Source: an uncultured Gammaproteobacteria bacterium
GTDB taxonomy: Bacteria; Patescibacteriota; Microgenomatia; PFEM01; CAYPPS01
NCBI GenBank assembly: GCA_964655765.1
Contig: CAZZNI010000002.1
Location: forward strand, 1 to 63,628
Direction of reading: 5' to 3'
Length of the DNA: 63,628 nucleotides
The translations under genes and the position numbers were made by a program. Each line of letters opens with the position of its first letter. Position 1 is the first letter of the stretch. Positions 37,257 through 47,764 of this stretch are shown in pieces. The notes beneath the pieces are model-generated. The model made no database searches, was not told where the DNA came from, and saw nothing but the letters and a program-made list of their open reading frames with translations.

Positions 37257-37836
37257 CCACAATAAGGCGTTAAAGTTTTTGAACGACAAAGGTATTAACG
37301 GCAATATTGTTAAACACATGTTGGCAACAGAAGCTTTAATGGCGGGGGTTTACGATTATCTGAAATCTCAAAATGAACCTGATTTAGGCGGTACTAAACA
37401 AGAGTGGCAGTTGGCTGGCCTGTTTCATGATGGGGACTATCTTGACCAGGTTCCAGTAGAACAGCAGGGGATTAAGATTGCCGAATGGTTGAGACAAGCC
37501 GGTTTTGAAATTCCTAATAATGTTGCCTGGACAATGGCGGCTCATAACTGGGACAAGACTGGTGTTGAGCCGAAAACAAAGATGGATTGGGCTCTTTTTT
37601 GCGGCGATAGTTTAACCGGGCTAATTGTTGCTACTGCTTTAGTTAGACCGGATAAAAAACTTAGTAGCGTTACGGTTGAGTCGGTAATGAAAAAGTTTAC
37701 TACCCCTGCCTTTGCCGCCGGTACCAGAAGGGAAGATATCAAGAAATGTGAAGAAAAATTGAATATTCCCTTAGAAAAATTTGTTGAAATTACTTTAAAA
37801 TCAATGCAGGGTATTAGTGACGAACTAGGGCTTTAA
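37249..37836 (+). CDS. HD-domain phosphohydrolase
   Basis: KHMLA, GLFHDGDY, DSLTGLIVATALVRPDK. Confidence 0.85.
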   Translation: MIDHNKALKFLNDKGINGNIVKHMLATEALMAGVYDYLKSQNEPDLGGTKQEWQLAGLFHDGDYLDQVPVEQQGIKIAEWLRQAGFEIPNNVAWTMAAHNWDKTGVEPKTKMDWALFCGDSLTGLIVATALVRPDKKLSSVTVESVMKKFTTPAFAAGTRREDIKKCEEKLNIPLEKFVEITLKSMQGISDELGL

Positions 37837-37840
37837 AAAA

Positions 37841-39106
37841 ATGATAGACATTAAACTTTTAAGAGAAAACCCAGAATTTTTTAAAAAAACAACCAAAGAT
37901 AAAGGTTATGACGATCAAGTAATTGATCAGGTATTAACTGTGGATAAAAAAATGCGCACCTTAAAACTAAAAGTTGATCAACTGCGGGCAGAAAGTAATC
38001 AAGTGGCTGACCAAATGGCCCAAAAGCGCTCGGCTGCGCTAATTAAAAAAGGCCGTCAATTAAAAGAGCAAATCAAGTCCGTTGAGAAAGATTTAACCGA
38101 CACAGAAAAAAAGGTTACTAAATTACTTTGGCTTGTCCCTAACCCGGCTTTGGCTGATGTTCCGCTTGGTAGAGGTGAAGCCGACAACCGACAGGAAAAA
38201 ATCTGGGGATCGGTTGCCAAGTTTGATTTTAAAATTAAAGACCACCTTGAACTGGGTAAAGATTTGGCGATTTTGGATTTTGACAGTGGTGCCAAAATTA
38301 GCGGGACGCAGTTTTACTTTCTTTATAACGAAGGAGCTTTATTGGAGATTGCCTTGATTCAATACGCTTTAAACAAGCTGAAAACAAATGGTTTTATACC
38401 GGTCATTACTCCTGACTTGGCCAAATCTCGTTATTGGCTTGGTACCGGCTATGTCCCCAAAGGTAAAGAGGCTCAAACTTACCTAATAGAGGGTGAGGAT
38501 TTAGGTTTAATCGCAACGGCTGAAGTAACTTTGGCCGGTCGGCATGCTGACGAAGTGATTAGTTATAAAGATTTGCCTTTTAAATATGCTGGTTATTCAC
38601 ATTGTTTTCGACGGGAAGCCGGTGCTTACGGTCAGTATTCAAAAGGGCTTTATCGGGTTCATCAGTTTACTAAGGCGGAAATTTTTGTTTATTGCCTACC
38701 TTCTGAATCGGAGAAAATGCATCAATTGATTTTGTCCCTAGAGGAAGAAATTTACCAGGAGTTGGGTTTGCCTTATCGAGTGGTGCAGATGTGTACCGGT
38801 GATTTAGGAATGATGGCGGCCAGAAAATATGATATTGAAGTCTGGATGCCAGGCAGAAACGAATATGGTGAAGTTACTTCAACTTCGAACTGTACAGACT
38901 ACCAAGCCAGAAATTTAAATGTTCGTTTTAAAAGTAAAGACGGTAAAGTTGGTTTTGCTCACCTACTCAACGGTACAGCGATTGCCACCTCTAGAACAAT
39001 TATTGCCATTTTGGAAAATTATCAGCAAAAAGACGGTTCGGTTTTAATACCGAAAGTTTTACAAAAATATACCGGCTTTGAAAAGATTACCCCTAAAGTA
39101 AAGTAA
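37841..39106 (+). CDS. serS: Serine--tRNA ligase
   Basis: LIATAEV, CFRREAG, RVHQF, SNCTDYQAR, LNGT. Confidence 0.97.
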   Translation: MIDIKLLRENPEFFKKTTKDKGYDDQVIDQVLTVDKKMRTLKLKVDQLRAESNQVADQMAQKRSAALIKKGRQLKEQIKSVEKDLTDTEKKVTKLLWLVPNPALADVPLGRGEADNRQEKIWGSVAKFDFKIKDHLELGKDLAILDFDSGAKISGTQFYFLYNEGALLEIALIQYALNKLKTNGFIPVITPDLAKSRYWLGTGYVPKGKEAQTYLIEGEDLGLIATAEVTLAGRHADEVISYKDLPFKYAGYSHCFRREAGAYGQYSKGLYRVHQFTKAEIFVYCLPSESEKMHQLILSLEEEIYQELGLPYRVVQMCTGDLGMMAARKYDIEVWMPGRNEYGEVTSTSNCTDYQARNLNVRFKSKDGKVGFAHLLNGTAIATSRTIIAILENYQQKDGSVLIPKVLQKYTGFEKITPKVK

Positions 39107-39114
39107 ACTGTATT

Positions 39115-41757
39115 ATGATTAATGTTCTTTCTCGGTTTTTCGACACCAGTCAAAAAGAATTGAAAAAAATCCAGCCCTTAATCGACCGGATTAATGACCT
39201 GGAAAACAAATATCAAAAGCTAAAAGATAGTGATTTTCCTAAACAAACAGCCAAATTTAAAACCCAATTGAAAAAGGGTGAAAAACTGGACGATTTATTG
39301 CCGGATGGCCTGGCCTCGATCAGAGAGGCGATTAACCGAACCGTTGGTGAACGGGCTTTTGATGTTCAGCTAATGTCGGCGATTGTTCTTCATAAGGGGA
39401 TGGTGTCAGAGCAGAAAACCGGTGAAGGGAAAACTTTATCAGCCGCCCTAACCGCCTACCTTAATGGTTTAAGCGGCAAGGGCGTTCACATAGTAACCGT
39501 TAATGATTATTTGGCCAGAAGAGACGCTGGTTGGTATGGCCAGGCACTTCATTTTGCCGGTTTGAGCGTTGGCTGTATTATCCATGAACAGGCTTTTTTA
39601 TTTGATCCGGATTTTATCCAGGCTGGCCAGGAAGACGAAAGATTACGGCACTTAAAACCGGTTGAGAGACGGCAGGCTTATGAGGCGGATATCACTTATG
39701 GTACTAATAATGAGTTTGGTTTTGACTATCTTCGCGACAACATGGTCAGAAGATTGAAAGATAAGGTTCAGCGTGGCCATCATTTTGCCATCGTTGATGA
39801 AGTTGACTCAATTTTGATTGACGAAGCCAGGACACCACTAATCATTTCTGCCCCCGATATGGAACCGACGGAAAAATATTATCAATTTGCTAAATTAATT
39901 GACTCATTGTCACCGGAAACTGATTTTGAAATTGATGAAAAATTAAAATCGGCTCAACTAACGGAACACGGGATTAAAAAAGTCGAAAAAATACTTAATG
40001 TTGATAACTTGTACGAAAAAGATTTTGATACGCTTCATCATATTGAAAACGCTTTGCGGGCTCGAAGCTTGTTTTTGCAAGACCGTGATTATGTTGTCAA
40101 AGATGGACAGGTGACTATTGTTGATGAGTTTACCGGTAGGTTAATGCCGGGGAGGCGCTGGTCAGACGGCTTGCACCAAGCGGTTGAGGCTAAAGAGGGG
40201 GTTAAAATCCAACAGGAGTCGATTACCCTGGCGACGGTTTCCTTTCAAAATTATTTTCGATTATATAAAAAACTAACCGGTATGACCGGAACGGCGGCAA
40301 CTGAAGCCGAGGAGTTTAGGAAAATTTACGGCCTTGAAGTGGTGATTATCCCCACCAACCGGCCGATGGTTAGGAAAGATCAACAGGATTTAGTTTATAA
40401 AACCCGTCGGGCTAAATACGCGGCTATTGTTGCTGAAGTTGAAGATTGTTTTAAACGAGGCCAGCCGGTGTTGGTTGGGACGACTTCGATTGAGAAAAAT
40501 GAAATCATTGATCGATTTTTAACTAAGAGAAAAATTCCCCATCATGTTTTAAACGCTAAATATCATGAAAAAGAAGCCAAGATTTTATCCCAGGCTGGTA
40601 AAAAAGGGGCGGTAACGGTAGCCACTAACATGGCCGGTCGCGGTGTTGATATTATTCTGGGCGGCGCTTTGCCGGAGCATCCGACTAAAAAACAAGTTGA
40701 AAATTGGAAAAAACTTCATCAGCAGATTCTAAAATTTGGCGGCCTTCATGTTATTGGCACTGAACGCCATGAATCAAGACGAATTGACAATCAGTTGAGA
40801 GGCCGGGCCGGCAGGCAAGGTGATCCTGGTTCTTCTCGTTTCTTTTTGTCTTTGGAAGATGACTTGATGAGATTGTTTGGTGGGGAACAAATTTCCCGGA
40901 TCATGGAGATGTTGAAAATCCCTGAAGACCAGCCGATTGAGCACGGCATGGTTTCTAGGGTAATTGAAGGTTCACAGTCTAAGGTTGAGTCATTTCATTT
41001 TGATAATCGGAAACGGGTGGTTGAATTTGATGATGTCATGAATCGGCAAAGAGAGGTTGTTTACGGTAAACGGGATGAAGTTTTGCGTTTTAAGGAAAAA
41101 CATGGTCAAAAATTGAAAGAAAAAACCTTGTCTGTCCTGGAAAAAGAGACTGATTTGATTCTGAATCTTTATCAGGCTGAAGCGGAAACTAACTGGCAGC
41201 AGTTGGTTAATAATTTCTGCGAACTCTTACCGTTAGATGAAGCTTCGCAAAAGCAACTGCAAATACGGTTGGAAAAAAGTAATTTTGATGAAAACAGGCA
41301 GCATTTACACCAATTAATTGATAAAGCTTATGCTCTTAAAGAAAAAGATTTGGGTAATGAAATAATGCGGGAAGCGGAAGGCTATGTTTGGTTGCAGTCA
41401 ATCGACCGTTTGTGGATTGACCACTTGGATATGCTTGATGATTTACGGGAGGCGGTTTCTTTGCGAGGGTTTGCCCAACAGGATCCACTGGTTGAATACA
41501 AAAAAGAGGCTTACGCTTCTTTTGAAAATTTACTTGCTAATGTTGAAGCCCAGGTTGCTAGAAGGATTTTTCGGGTTCAGGCTGCTAAACCTGCTCAGCC
41601 AGTTATTAATCTGGCTCAAGCCAGTACTAATCTGGATCCGTCGGGGACAACAAGTAAGCCGTTGCTTGCTAAACAGACAAAAAAAATTGGCCGTAATGAT
41701 CCCTGTTGGTGCGGCTCGGGTAAAAAATGGAAGAAATGTTGTTATCCTAAAACTTAG
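39115..41757 (+). CDS. secA: Preprotein translocase subunit SecA
   Basis: TGEGKTL, DEVDSILIDEARTPL, QLRGRAGRQGDPG, C-terminal SEC-C motif. Confidence 0.98.
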   Translation: MINVLSRFFDTSQKELKKIQPLIDRINDLENKYQKLKDSDFPKQTAKFKTQLKKGEKLDDLLPDGLASIREAINRTVGERAFDVQLMSAIVLHKGMVSEQKTGEGKTLSAALTAYLNGLSGKGVHIVTVNDYLARRDAGWYGQALHFAGLSVGCIIHEQAFLFDPDFIQAGQEDERLRHLKPVERRQAYEADITYGTNNEFGFDYLRDNMVRRLKDKVQRGHHFAIVDEVDSILIDEARTPLIISAPDMEPTEKYYQFAKLIDSLSPETDFEIDEKLKSAQLTEHGIKKVEKILNVDNLYEKDFDTLHHIENALRARSLFLQDRDYVVKDGQVTIVDEFTGRLMPGRRWSDGLHQAVEAKEGVKIQQESITLATVSFQNYFRLYKKLTGMTGTAATEAEEFRKIYGLEVVIIPTNRPMVRKDQQDLVYKTRRAKYAAIVAEVEDCFKRGQPVLVGTTSIEKNEIIDRFLTKRKIPHHVLNAKYHEKEAKILSQAGKKGAVTVATNMAGRGVDIILGGALPEHPTKKQVENWKKLHQQILKFGGLHVIGTERHESRRIDNQLRGRAGRQGDPGSSRFFLSLEDDLMRLFGGEQISRIMEMLKIPEDQPIEHGMVSRVIEGSQSKVESFHFDNRKRVVEFDDVMNRQREVVYGKRDEVLRFKEKHGQKLKEKTLSVLEKETDLILNLYQAEAETNWQQLVNNFCELLPLDEASQKQLQIRLEKSNFDENRQHLHQLIDKAYALKEKDLGNEIMREAEGYVWLQSIDRLWIDHLDMLDDLREAVSLRGFAQQDPLVEYKKEAYASFENLLANVEAQVARRIFRVQAAKPAQPVINLAQASTNLDPSGTTSKPLLAKQTKKIGRNDPCWCGSGKKWKKCCYPKT

Positions 41758-41827
41758 CTAGAAATAACAGTAGGCGTTACTAGTTAATTTGACAAAAAAT
41801 ACCGGTGTTGTTTATGATAATTTTAAG

Positions 41828-43012
41828 ATGAAACGGCTGTTGATTTTACTACTGACTGTTGCCGGCCTTTTGACTTTAACTGCTCCGGCACTGGCTGATG
41901 ATCAGTCTGTCCCGTTTTGGCAAAAAAGCGATGAGCTGATCGTGGTTGAAGAAAATGAGGTTGTTGATCGTGATTTTTACGGTGGAGCTGGTCGGGTAGA
42001 AATTTACGGAGTTGTTAATGGGGATGTGTTTACTGTCGGTGGCCAAATTTTAATCAACGGAGTTGTTAACGGTGATGTGTTGGCGGCGGGGGGCACGGTT
42101 GATGTTGGCGGCACGGTCTCTCAGGATGTTCGAATTGTCGGTGGCCAATTAATGATTTCCGGACAGATTGGTAAAAATGTTACCTTTGTCGGCGGCAATG
42201 TTCAAACTCTTGACAGCGCCCGAATTGGCGGCAGTATTCTAGGCGCTGGCGGCAGCGCAATTATTGCCAGCCCGGTGGCGAAAAATGTTACCGTTGGAAC
42301 TGGCAACCTGATTTTGTCAAGTCAAATCGGTGGTGATGTTGAAGCTGGTGTTGGTAGTTTGCGCCTAACACCGGAAGCGGAAATTTTGGGTGATTTGACC
42401 TATTGGAGCGACAATGAAGCTTCAATTGCCAGTGGTGCGACGGTTGGCGGCGAGATTACAAAGAAAGAACCGGCAAGAGGATTGACTGATTTTAATCAAG
42501 AAGCCGGTGTAGTCGGTTTGAAAGGAGCCTGGAAAGGTTTTAAAACCTTTTTAACCTTTACCAGCGCTATTTCCAGTTTAATTATTGGTTTAATTTTTTT
42601 ACTGCTTTTCCCCAAATTTAGCCAGGAAGCGGCTGAAATTATCAGCCGAAAACCGTTGTCTGTTTTTGGTTTAGGCTTGGCCGGTTTAGTAGTAATCCCA
42701 CCGCTAGCGCTGATTTTACTGTTGACTGTTTTTGGTATCCCCCTGGCTGTTATTCTGTTGACTTTTTACTTTTTTAGTATTTACTTGAGTAAAATTTTTG
42801 TCGCTATTTTTATCGGTGGTTTTATTTTGACTTGGCTTAAGGTCAAAACTAAATTAATCTGGACTTTTATTATCGGCTTGGCAGTTTACTTTTTGATTCG
42901 CAATTTAATCTTTGTTGGTTGGCTGGTTACTTTGCTGTCATTGTTTTTCGGTTTAGGGGCGTTTTGGTTGTCGTTGCGAAACTCAATTTTCCTCTCCGGT
43001 AAAAAAAAGTAA
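41828..43012 (+). CDS. Bactofilin-like beta-helix protein with C-terminal TM bundle
   Basis: Signal peptide, repeated GxVxGDV motifs, 5-6 TM helices; TTGACA promoter at 41789. Confidence 0.75.
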   Translation: MKRLLILLLTVAGLLTLTAPALADDQSVPFWQKSDELIVVEENEVVDRDFYGGAGRVEIYGVVNGDVFTVGGQILINGVVNGDVLAAGGTVDVGGTVSQDVRIVGGQLMISGQIGKNVTFVGGNVQTLDSARIGGSILGAGGSAIIASPVAKNVTVGTGNLILSSQIGGDVEAGVGSLRLTPEAEILGDLTYWSDNEASIASGATVGGEITKKEPARGLTDFNQEAGVVGLKGAWKGFKTFLTFTSAISSLIIGLIFLLLFPKFSQEAAEIISRKPLSVFGLGLAGLVVIPPLALILLLTVFGIPLAVILLTFYFFSIYLSKIFVAIFIGGFILTWLKVKTKLIWTFIIGLAVYFLIRNLIFVGWLVTLLSLFFGLGAFWLSLRNSIFLSGKKK

Positions 43013-43044
43013 AAAACTTGTTCTTTTCTTGCTAGAATTAATTT

Positions 43045-44049
43045 ATGCTTAAAAAGAGATTGTTTCGGCTGTTATTATCGGCGGCTGTTTTTGTTTTAGG
43101 CTTGTTGTGGCTTTTGTTTTATCTTGACCTGAAATCCGATTTAGTTTATCTACCGGCCAGTTCCTTTCAAAATTTTAAAGACCGAGTAGGGCAAAAGGTT
43201 CAAAAAAGTTTACCGGCTATTAATAATAAAGAGCCTCTGGTAATTGACTTAGGGACAGTTGTGGCCAAAATTAACAATCATCGAAAAGAAAATAATCTTT
43301 CCCAACTTAATGAAAATCAAGTTTTGCAAGAAATTGCCAACCTTAAAGCCGAGGAAATTATGACCAATGGTGACTGGCTGGAGGAAAGCGATAAAACAAA
43401 AAAACTACTTGATCAGAAGAACTATGTTTATCAGCTGGTTGGTGAGTCTAATTTATTTTTACCCGAATTTGGCAGTGAGGTGATGATAGATGAGTGGCTT
43501 AAAAAGGAGAGCGATTTTTTCCTTGAAAGTAAATATCAGCAAATCGGCTTGGCTAGTGTTGCCGGCCAGTTTAAAGACTCTAGCGGTACCCTATTAGTTG
43601 TTATTTTAGCCCGACCGTTTGTACCAACACCGACTCCAACAGCAGTTGTTATCAGCGAAAGTGAATTGTGGCAGGCTTTGACCGTTTATCGTCAAGCTCA
43701 TCAAAAACCGGCTTTAGAAAAAAATGAAAAACTTTGTCTTTATGCCCGGGCTCGAGCCAATGAGCTTTTGACTAGGCTGTCAACCATTTCCCGGGACGAT
43801 AGTCCTTTGGACAACCATGCTGGTTTTATCCGTGATACCGAGTCAGGTAAGGCTTTTGAAGACACCGGCTTTGTTGGTTTAGCCGAGAATCTTTCTTATG
43901 ATCCACCGGCGGTTAACGCGACCCAGGTGATTGAATGGGGTTGGGACAGCAGTGCTCCTCATCGGGAAAGTTTGTTGGACCAGGAAATGACTCACGCTTG
44001 TGTTACCGGCGACTATCCAATTTATGTCGCAATCCTCGGCCGTTATTAG
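43045..44049 (+). CDS. Tandem CAP (SCP-like) domain protein
   Basis: INNHRKENNL...VGE, PT linker, YRQAHQKP...LAENL...WDSSAPHRESLL. Confidence 0.8.
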   Translation: MLKKRLFRLLLSAAVFVLGLLWLLFYLDLKSDLVYLPASSFQNFKDRVGQKVQKSLPAINNKEPLVIDLGTVVAKINNHRKENNLSQLNENQVLQEIANLKAEEIMTNGDWLEESDKTKKLLDQKNYVYQLVGESNLFLPEFGSEVMIDEWLKKESDFFLESKYQQIGLASVAGQFKDSSGTLLVVILARPFVPTPTPTAVVISESELWQALTVYRQAHQKPALEKNEKLCLYARARANELLTRLSTISRDDSPLDNHAGFIRDTESGKAFEDTGFVGLAENLSYDPPAVNATQVIEWGWDSSAPHRESLLDQEMTHACVTGDYPIYVAILGRY

Positions 44050-45185
44050 TTTAAGTTGAGGGTTAGCCCTGGCTTTCTGTCCAGTTTGTCAATGTTTTTA
44101 ACAAACTGGTTTCTTTGGGCTTTAAAGTAAGCAGTAATGCCAATCATGGCGGCGTTATCGGAAATTAGTTTTTTATCAAAAGGAATAAAAACTTCCGTTT
44201 GATAAAGTTTGGCGGTTTTTTTAATTTCCCGACGGATTGTTTGATTATTAATAACGCCGCCGCCCAAAAAGATCTGCCTGACCGGATATTGTTTTAAGGC
44301 TTGGTTAAGTTTTAAAGTTAATGATTTGGCAATCGTTAACTCAAATGCGGCGGCAAAATCGACAATAAACTGTTGATCTTTTTTCAGGGTTTGTTCTATT
44401 TTCTGTCTAGCGGCAGTTTTAAGGCCAGAAAAACTGTAATTAAGGTCGTTGGAATTTATCATTGGAATGGGCAGTTTTATTTTAGTTTTATCGGTTGATA
44501 AACGGGCTAGTTTTTCAATAATTGCTCCGCCCGGATATCCCAGGTCAAGCAGACGGGCGACCTTGTCAAAAGCCTCACCGGCGGCATCATCCAAAGTTTG
44601 ACCCAGTATTTGGTATTGGCCGATTTTTTCAGCCAGGACTAATTGAGTATGGCCACCGGAAACGAGCAGTCCTAAAAAGGGGAAGATTATTTTTTTGTTT
44701 TTAAAAGGGCCATTGCCTTTGGAATTTTTTGCCAAAGGAGCCAGTAGATGAGCTTCCATATGATTAATTCCTATCAGGGGCTTGTTTTCTTTTTTTGCCA
44801 GAGCTTTGGCAAAATTAATGCCGGCCTCTAGCGCTGGTGCCAGTCCTGGTCCGTAAGTAACGGCAATCGCCTCTATTTCCTGTAAGCTGACCCGGGCGGT
44901 TTTTAGCGCTTTTTTTAGGCTTGGCTCCAGCAGTTTAAGGTGCATTCTTTTGGCAATATTTGGAACGATACCGCCAAACGGTTGATGAAAACGGACTTGA
45001 GAGGCAATAACATTACTAAGCACCCGGTCGTTAAGAGTAACGGCAACACTGGTATCGTCGCAAGAGGTGTCAAAGCTTAAAATTAACCAGTCTTTTTTAT
45101 TACATCGGCTGCAAGGCAAAGCCGCTGTCTCGCTTTTGCGAGATAGCGCAGCCATGTAAGACGGAGCTGAAGTGATGTCATTCAT
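44046..45185 (-). CDS. tsaD: tRNA t6A threonylcarbamoyltransferase with N-terminal extension
   Basis: DTSCDDT, GPGL, NHMEAH, VSGGHT, DDAAGEAFDK, DNAAMI. Confidence 0.95.
   Translation of the reverse strand: MNDITSAPSYMAALSRKSETAALPCSRCNKKDWLILSFDTSCDDTSVAVTLNDRVLSNVIASQVRFHQPFGGIVPNIAKRMHLKLLEPSLKKALKTARVSLQEIEAIAVTYGPGLAPALEAGINFAKALAKKENKPLIGINHMEAHLLAPLAKNSKGNGPFKNKKIIFPFLGLLVSGGHTQLVLAEKIGQYQILGQTLDDAAGEAFDKVARLLDLGYPGGAIIEKLARLSTDKTKIKLPIPMINSNDLNYSFSGLKTAARQKIEQTLKKDQQFIVDFAAAFELTIAKSLTLKLNQALKQYPVRQIFLGGGVINNQTIRREIKKTAKLYQTEVFIPFDKKLISDNAAMIGITAYFKAQRNQFVKNIDKLDRKPGLTLNLN
45101..45158. repeat. Nested palindromic element in the tsaD 5' coding region
   Basis: TACAT(C)GGCTGC...GCAGCCATGTA outer arms; GCTGTCTCGC-TTTT-GCGAGATAGC inner hairpin. 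Confidence 0.75.
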
Positions 45186-46254
45186 AAATCAAAATTTGTC
45201 TTTTATTTATTCCGATTTCAATAATTTTAGCCCAAATGATTTTGGCCGAGTGATCAACAGCGGCATTTTCCAAAATTGTTTTTATTTTTTCAAGCCATTC
45301 AACGGCAATCAGGTTGCCGTTTTTAAGCATCCCTTCCCAGCCAAGGTCAATTATTTCCCGTCCGTCTTCCAGGCGCCAGGTGTCAAGGTGATAAAAGATA
45401 TTACTTTGGCTATTCCCCTTAAAGGGGTATTCTTTAATTAAATTAAAGGTGGGGGATGTTACCGGTTCTTTTATTTTTAAAGCCTCGGCGACCCCTTTGG
45501 CAAATTGGGTTTTGCCGACGCCCAATTCTCCCTGGAGAGCAAAGATTAACGGCCGCTTTAAATCGCGGTATTTAAGGGTTAACCGTTGGGCAAGTTTTTT
45601 TGTTTCTGCTTCACTGACAGAGATAAATTTTGCTACCAATTTTTGCCGGAGATCGATTTGGCCTTGTCTTAAAATTTTCAATTCGTTTAAAGTAGTGTCA
45701 ACAACGGTGGATGTTTCTCTTTCTTGTAAGTCACCGGGATTAATAAAGAGATTGATTAACTGCTGGGTTTTTTTACTGGTATATTTTTGAAAAGTTTTTA
45801 AACTGTAGGGTGGTAGGCCGTTGCTGATATTGGCCGAAGTGGCAGTAATCGGTTTACCAAAAGTTTTAATTAATTTGACAGTAAAAGAATGATCAGGAAT
45901 CCTGACCCCTAAAGTTTTTCGGCTCGATTCCAGTTTTTTAACCACTTTTCCTTTAGAAAAAGATACCACCGTTAGCGCTCCCGGTAGAAAGTTTTGATAT
46001 AAGTTACGAGCAGATTGATTTAGGGTGACATATTTTTCCGCCATTTTTTGGCTGTCGACAGCAACCGAAACCGGTTTGTTCCGTTCGCCCTTAAAAAGAA
46101 AAACTTTTTCGACCGCTTTTTTATTGGTGGCGTCAGCTCCCAGTCCGAAACATGTTTCGGACGGGTAGACGATCAAGCCGTTGTTTTTTAAAGTATCAAC
46201 GGCAGTTTTGATTACTTTAGATTGGTTTAGGGAATTTAAATTAATAACCTTCAT
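45178..46254 (-). CDS. Fused threonylcarbamoyl-AMP synthase (TsaC) and TsaE ATPase
   Basis: YPSETCFGLG and TATSANIS (TsaC), then GELGVGKT, VTSPTF, HLDTWRL, VEW (TsaE). Confidence 0.92.
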   Translation of the reverse strand: MKVINLNSLNQSKVIKTAVDTLKNNGLIVYPSETCFGLGADATNKKAVEKVFLFKGERNKPVSVAVDSQKMAEKYVTLNQSARNLYQNFLPGALTVVSFSKGKVVKKLESSRKTLGVRIPDHSFTVKLIKTFGKPITATSANISNGLPPYSLKTFQKYTSKKTQQLINLFINPGDLQERETSTVVDTTLNELKILRQGQIDLRQKLVAKFISVSEAETKKLAQRLTLKYRDLKRPLIFALQGELGVGKTQFAKGVAEALKIKEPVTSPTFNLIKEYPFKGNSQSNIFYHLDTWRLEDGREIIDLGWEGMLKNGNLIAVEWLEKIKTILENAAVDHSAKIIWAKIIEIGINKRQILIYE

Positions 46255-46335
46255 CTTCTTTGCCTGTCGCTTTGATGTTAGAATGTGACTTAGCCTTAGG
46301 AATTATAACATTTAGGCGGCGATAAAATTTAACAA

Positions 46336-46722
46336 GTGGGGAAAATAATTGGCCGGTGGCTGCTGCTTTTGGTAATTGGCCTGGTTTTATTTTTATTAAT
46401 CAGGTTGTTTTTAACTTGGGGCAGGAGTGACATATTAACCGGTCAAGTAGGTAATTTTGCCAGTCAAACAGTCAGCCGAGCGCTTGAAGCTGGCGGCCAG
46501 GTTTTAGGCACTTGTCTGGACCAGGCGCCGATTGACCCAAAAATAAAGGAAACGGTAATTAAAAGCGGCAGTGTTTTTTCTTCCGATAATCAAGAAAAAC
46601 CACTGGAAAAATTAAGCCCTGAAGAAATAGGTGAGGCTGTTAAGGCCCTACCGGCTAATCAAGCAAAGGAGATTAAAAAAGAGATTTTTGGCGATTTTTG
46701 CCAGGAGATATTAGATGACTGA
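46336..46722 (+). CDS. Membrane-anchored hypothetical protein
   Basis: GTG start, N-terminal TM, GQVLG; overlaps the prfB start. Confidence 0.65.
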   Translation: MGKIIGRWLLLLVIGLVLFLLIRLFLTWGRSDILTGQVGNFASQTVSRALEAGGQVLGTCLDQAPIDPKIKETVIKSGSVFSSDNQEKPLEKLSPEEIGEAVKALPANQAKEIKKEIFGDFCQEILDD

Positions 46723-47722
46723 TTTAGAAACACGATTAAAAGCCGTTAAAGATAAACTGAAAATCAATCAATTAAAGGAAAAGGTTGTCGATTTGCAAAA
46801 ACAATCGGGAGAGCCATCGTTTTGGCAAAACCATGAATTGGCGGCTGAAAAAATGAAGGAATTGGCGGATTTACAAAAAGAGATTGAACAGTTAGAGCAA
46901 ATTGAACAACTGATTCAAACCGGTGATGAAGTTCAGGCGACTCGATTACTGGATAAGTTTGAATTAAAAACTTTTTTGTCTGGTCATTTCGATTCTTCAA
47001 TGGCGATTGTTTCGATTCATTCCGGACAAGGTGGAGTGGAGGCGATGGACTGGGCAATGATGTTAAAAAGAATGTATTTAAAATATTTTGATTCAGTTGG
47101 CTGGCCTTATGAAGAAATTGAAGAAATTAGCGGGGAAGAAGCCGGCATTAAAAGTACCACCGTCAAAGTTAACGCTGCCTATGCCTACGGTTTTTTAAAA
47201 CATGAAGCCGGGACTCATCGGTTAGTTCGTCAGTCGCCTTTTAACGCCGATGGTTTACGGCAGACATCTTTTGCTTTGGTAGAAGTATTGCCGCAGATAA
47301 AAGAAGCCGGTGAGATTGAGTTGAAGAATGACGATCTTGATTGGCAGTTTTTCCGATCTTCTTCTCAGGGTGGCCAAAATGTTCAAAAGGTTTCAACTGC
47401 CGTTCGGTTGATTCATAAACCCAGCGGTATAGTGGTGACTTCTCAAGCTCAGCGGTATCAGGAGCAAAACCGGAAAATTGCCTTGGAATTATTACGATCC
47501 AAATTATGGGAACAACAGGAGAAAGACAGAAAAGAACAGCAAACGGAATTGAAAGAAGGCCGGACTCAAGCTAGTTGGGGAAGCCAGATCCGTTCTTATG
47601 TACTTCACCCTTACAAACTGGTTAAGGACACTCGAACCGGTCAGGAAAGCAGTAGCGCTGAAGCGGTTTTAGACGGTCGTTTAGACGAATTTATTGAGAC
47701 TGAAGTTCGCCAGCTTGAGTGA
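46715..47722 (+). CDS. prfB: Peptide chain release factor 2 (no programmed frameshift)
   Basis: SPF anticodon motif, GGQ, QIRSYV; continuous ORF. Confidence 0.95.
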   Translation: MTDLETRLKAVKDKLKINQLKEKVVDLQKQSGEPSFWQNHELAAEKMKELADLQKEIEQLEQIEQLIQTGDEVQATRLLDKFELKTFLSGHFDSSMAIVSIHSGQGGVEAMDWAMMLKRMYLKYFDSVGWPYEEIEEISGEEAGIKSTTVKVNAAYAYGFLKHEAGTHRLVRQSPFNADGLRQTSFALVEVLPQIKEAGEIELKNDDLDWQFFRSSSQGGQNVQKVSTAVRLIHKPSGIVVTSQAQRYQEQNRKIALELLRSKLWEQQEKDRKEQQTELKEGRTQASWGSQIRSYVLHPYKLVKDTRTGQESSSAEAVLDGRLDEFIETEVRQLE

Positions 47723-47764
47723 GTTGTTTAAATTGTGTTATTATCAAAAAAGCTTTTAACAGAC

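Noticed and set aside
46715-46800. prfB +1 programmed frameshift
   Set aside because: No CTT-TGA site; the frame is continuous from the ATG.
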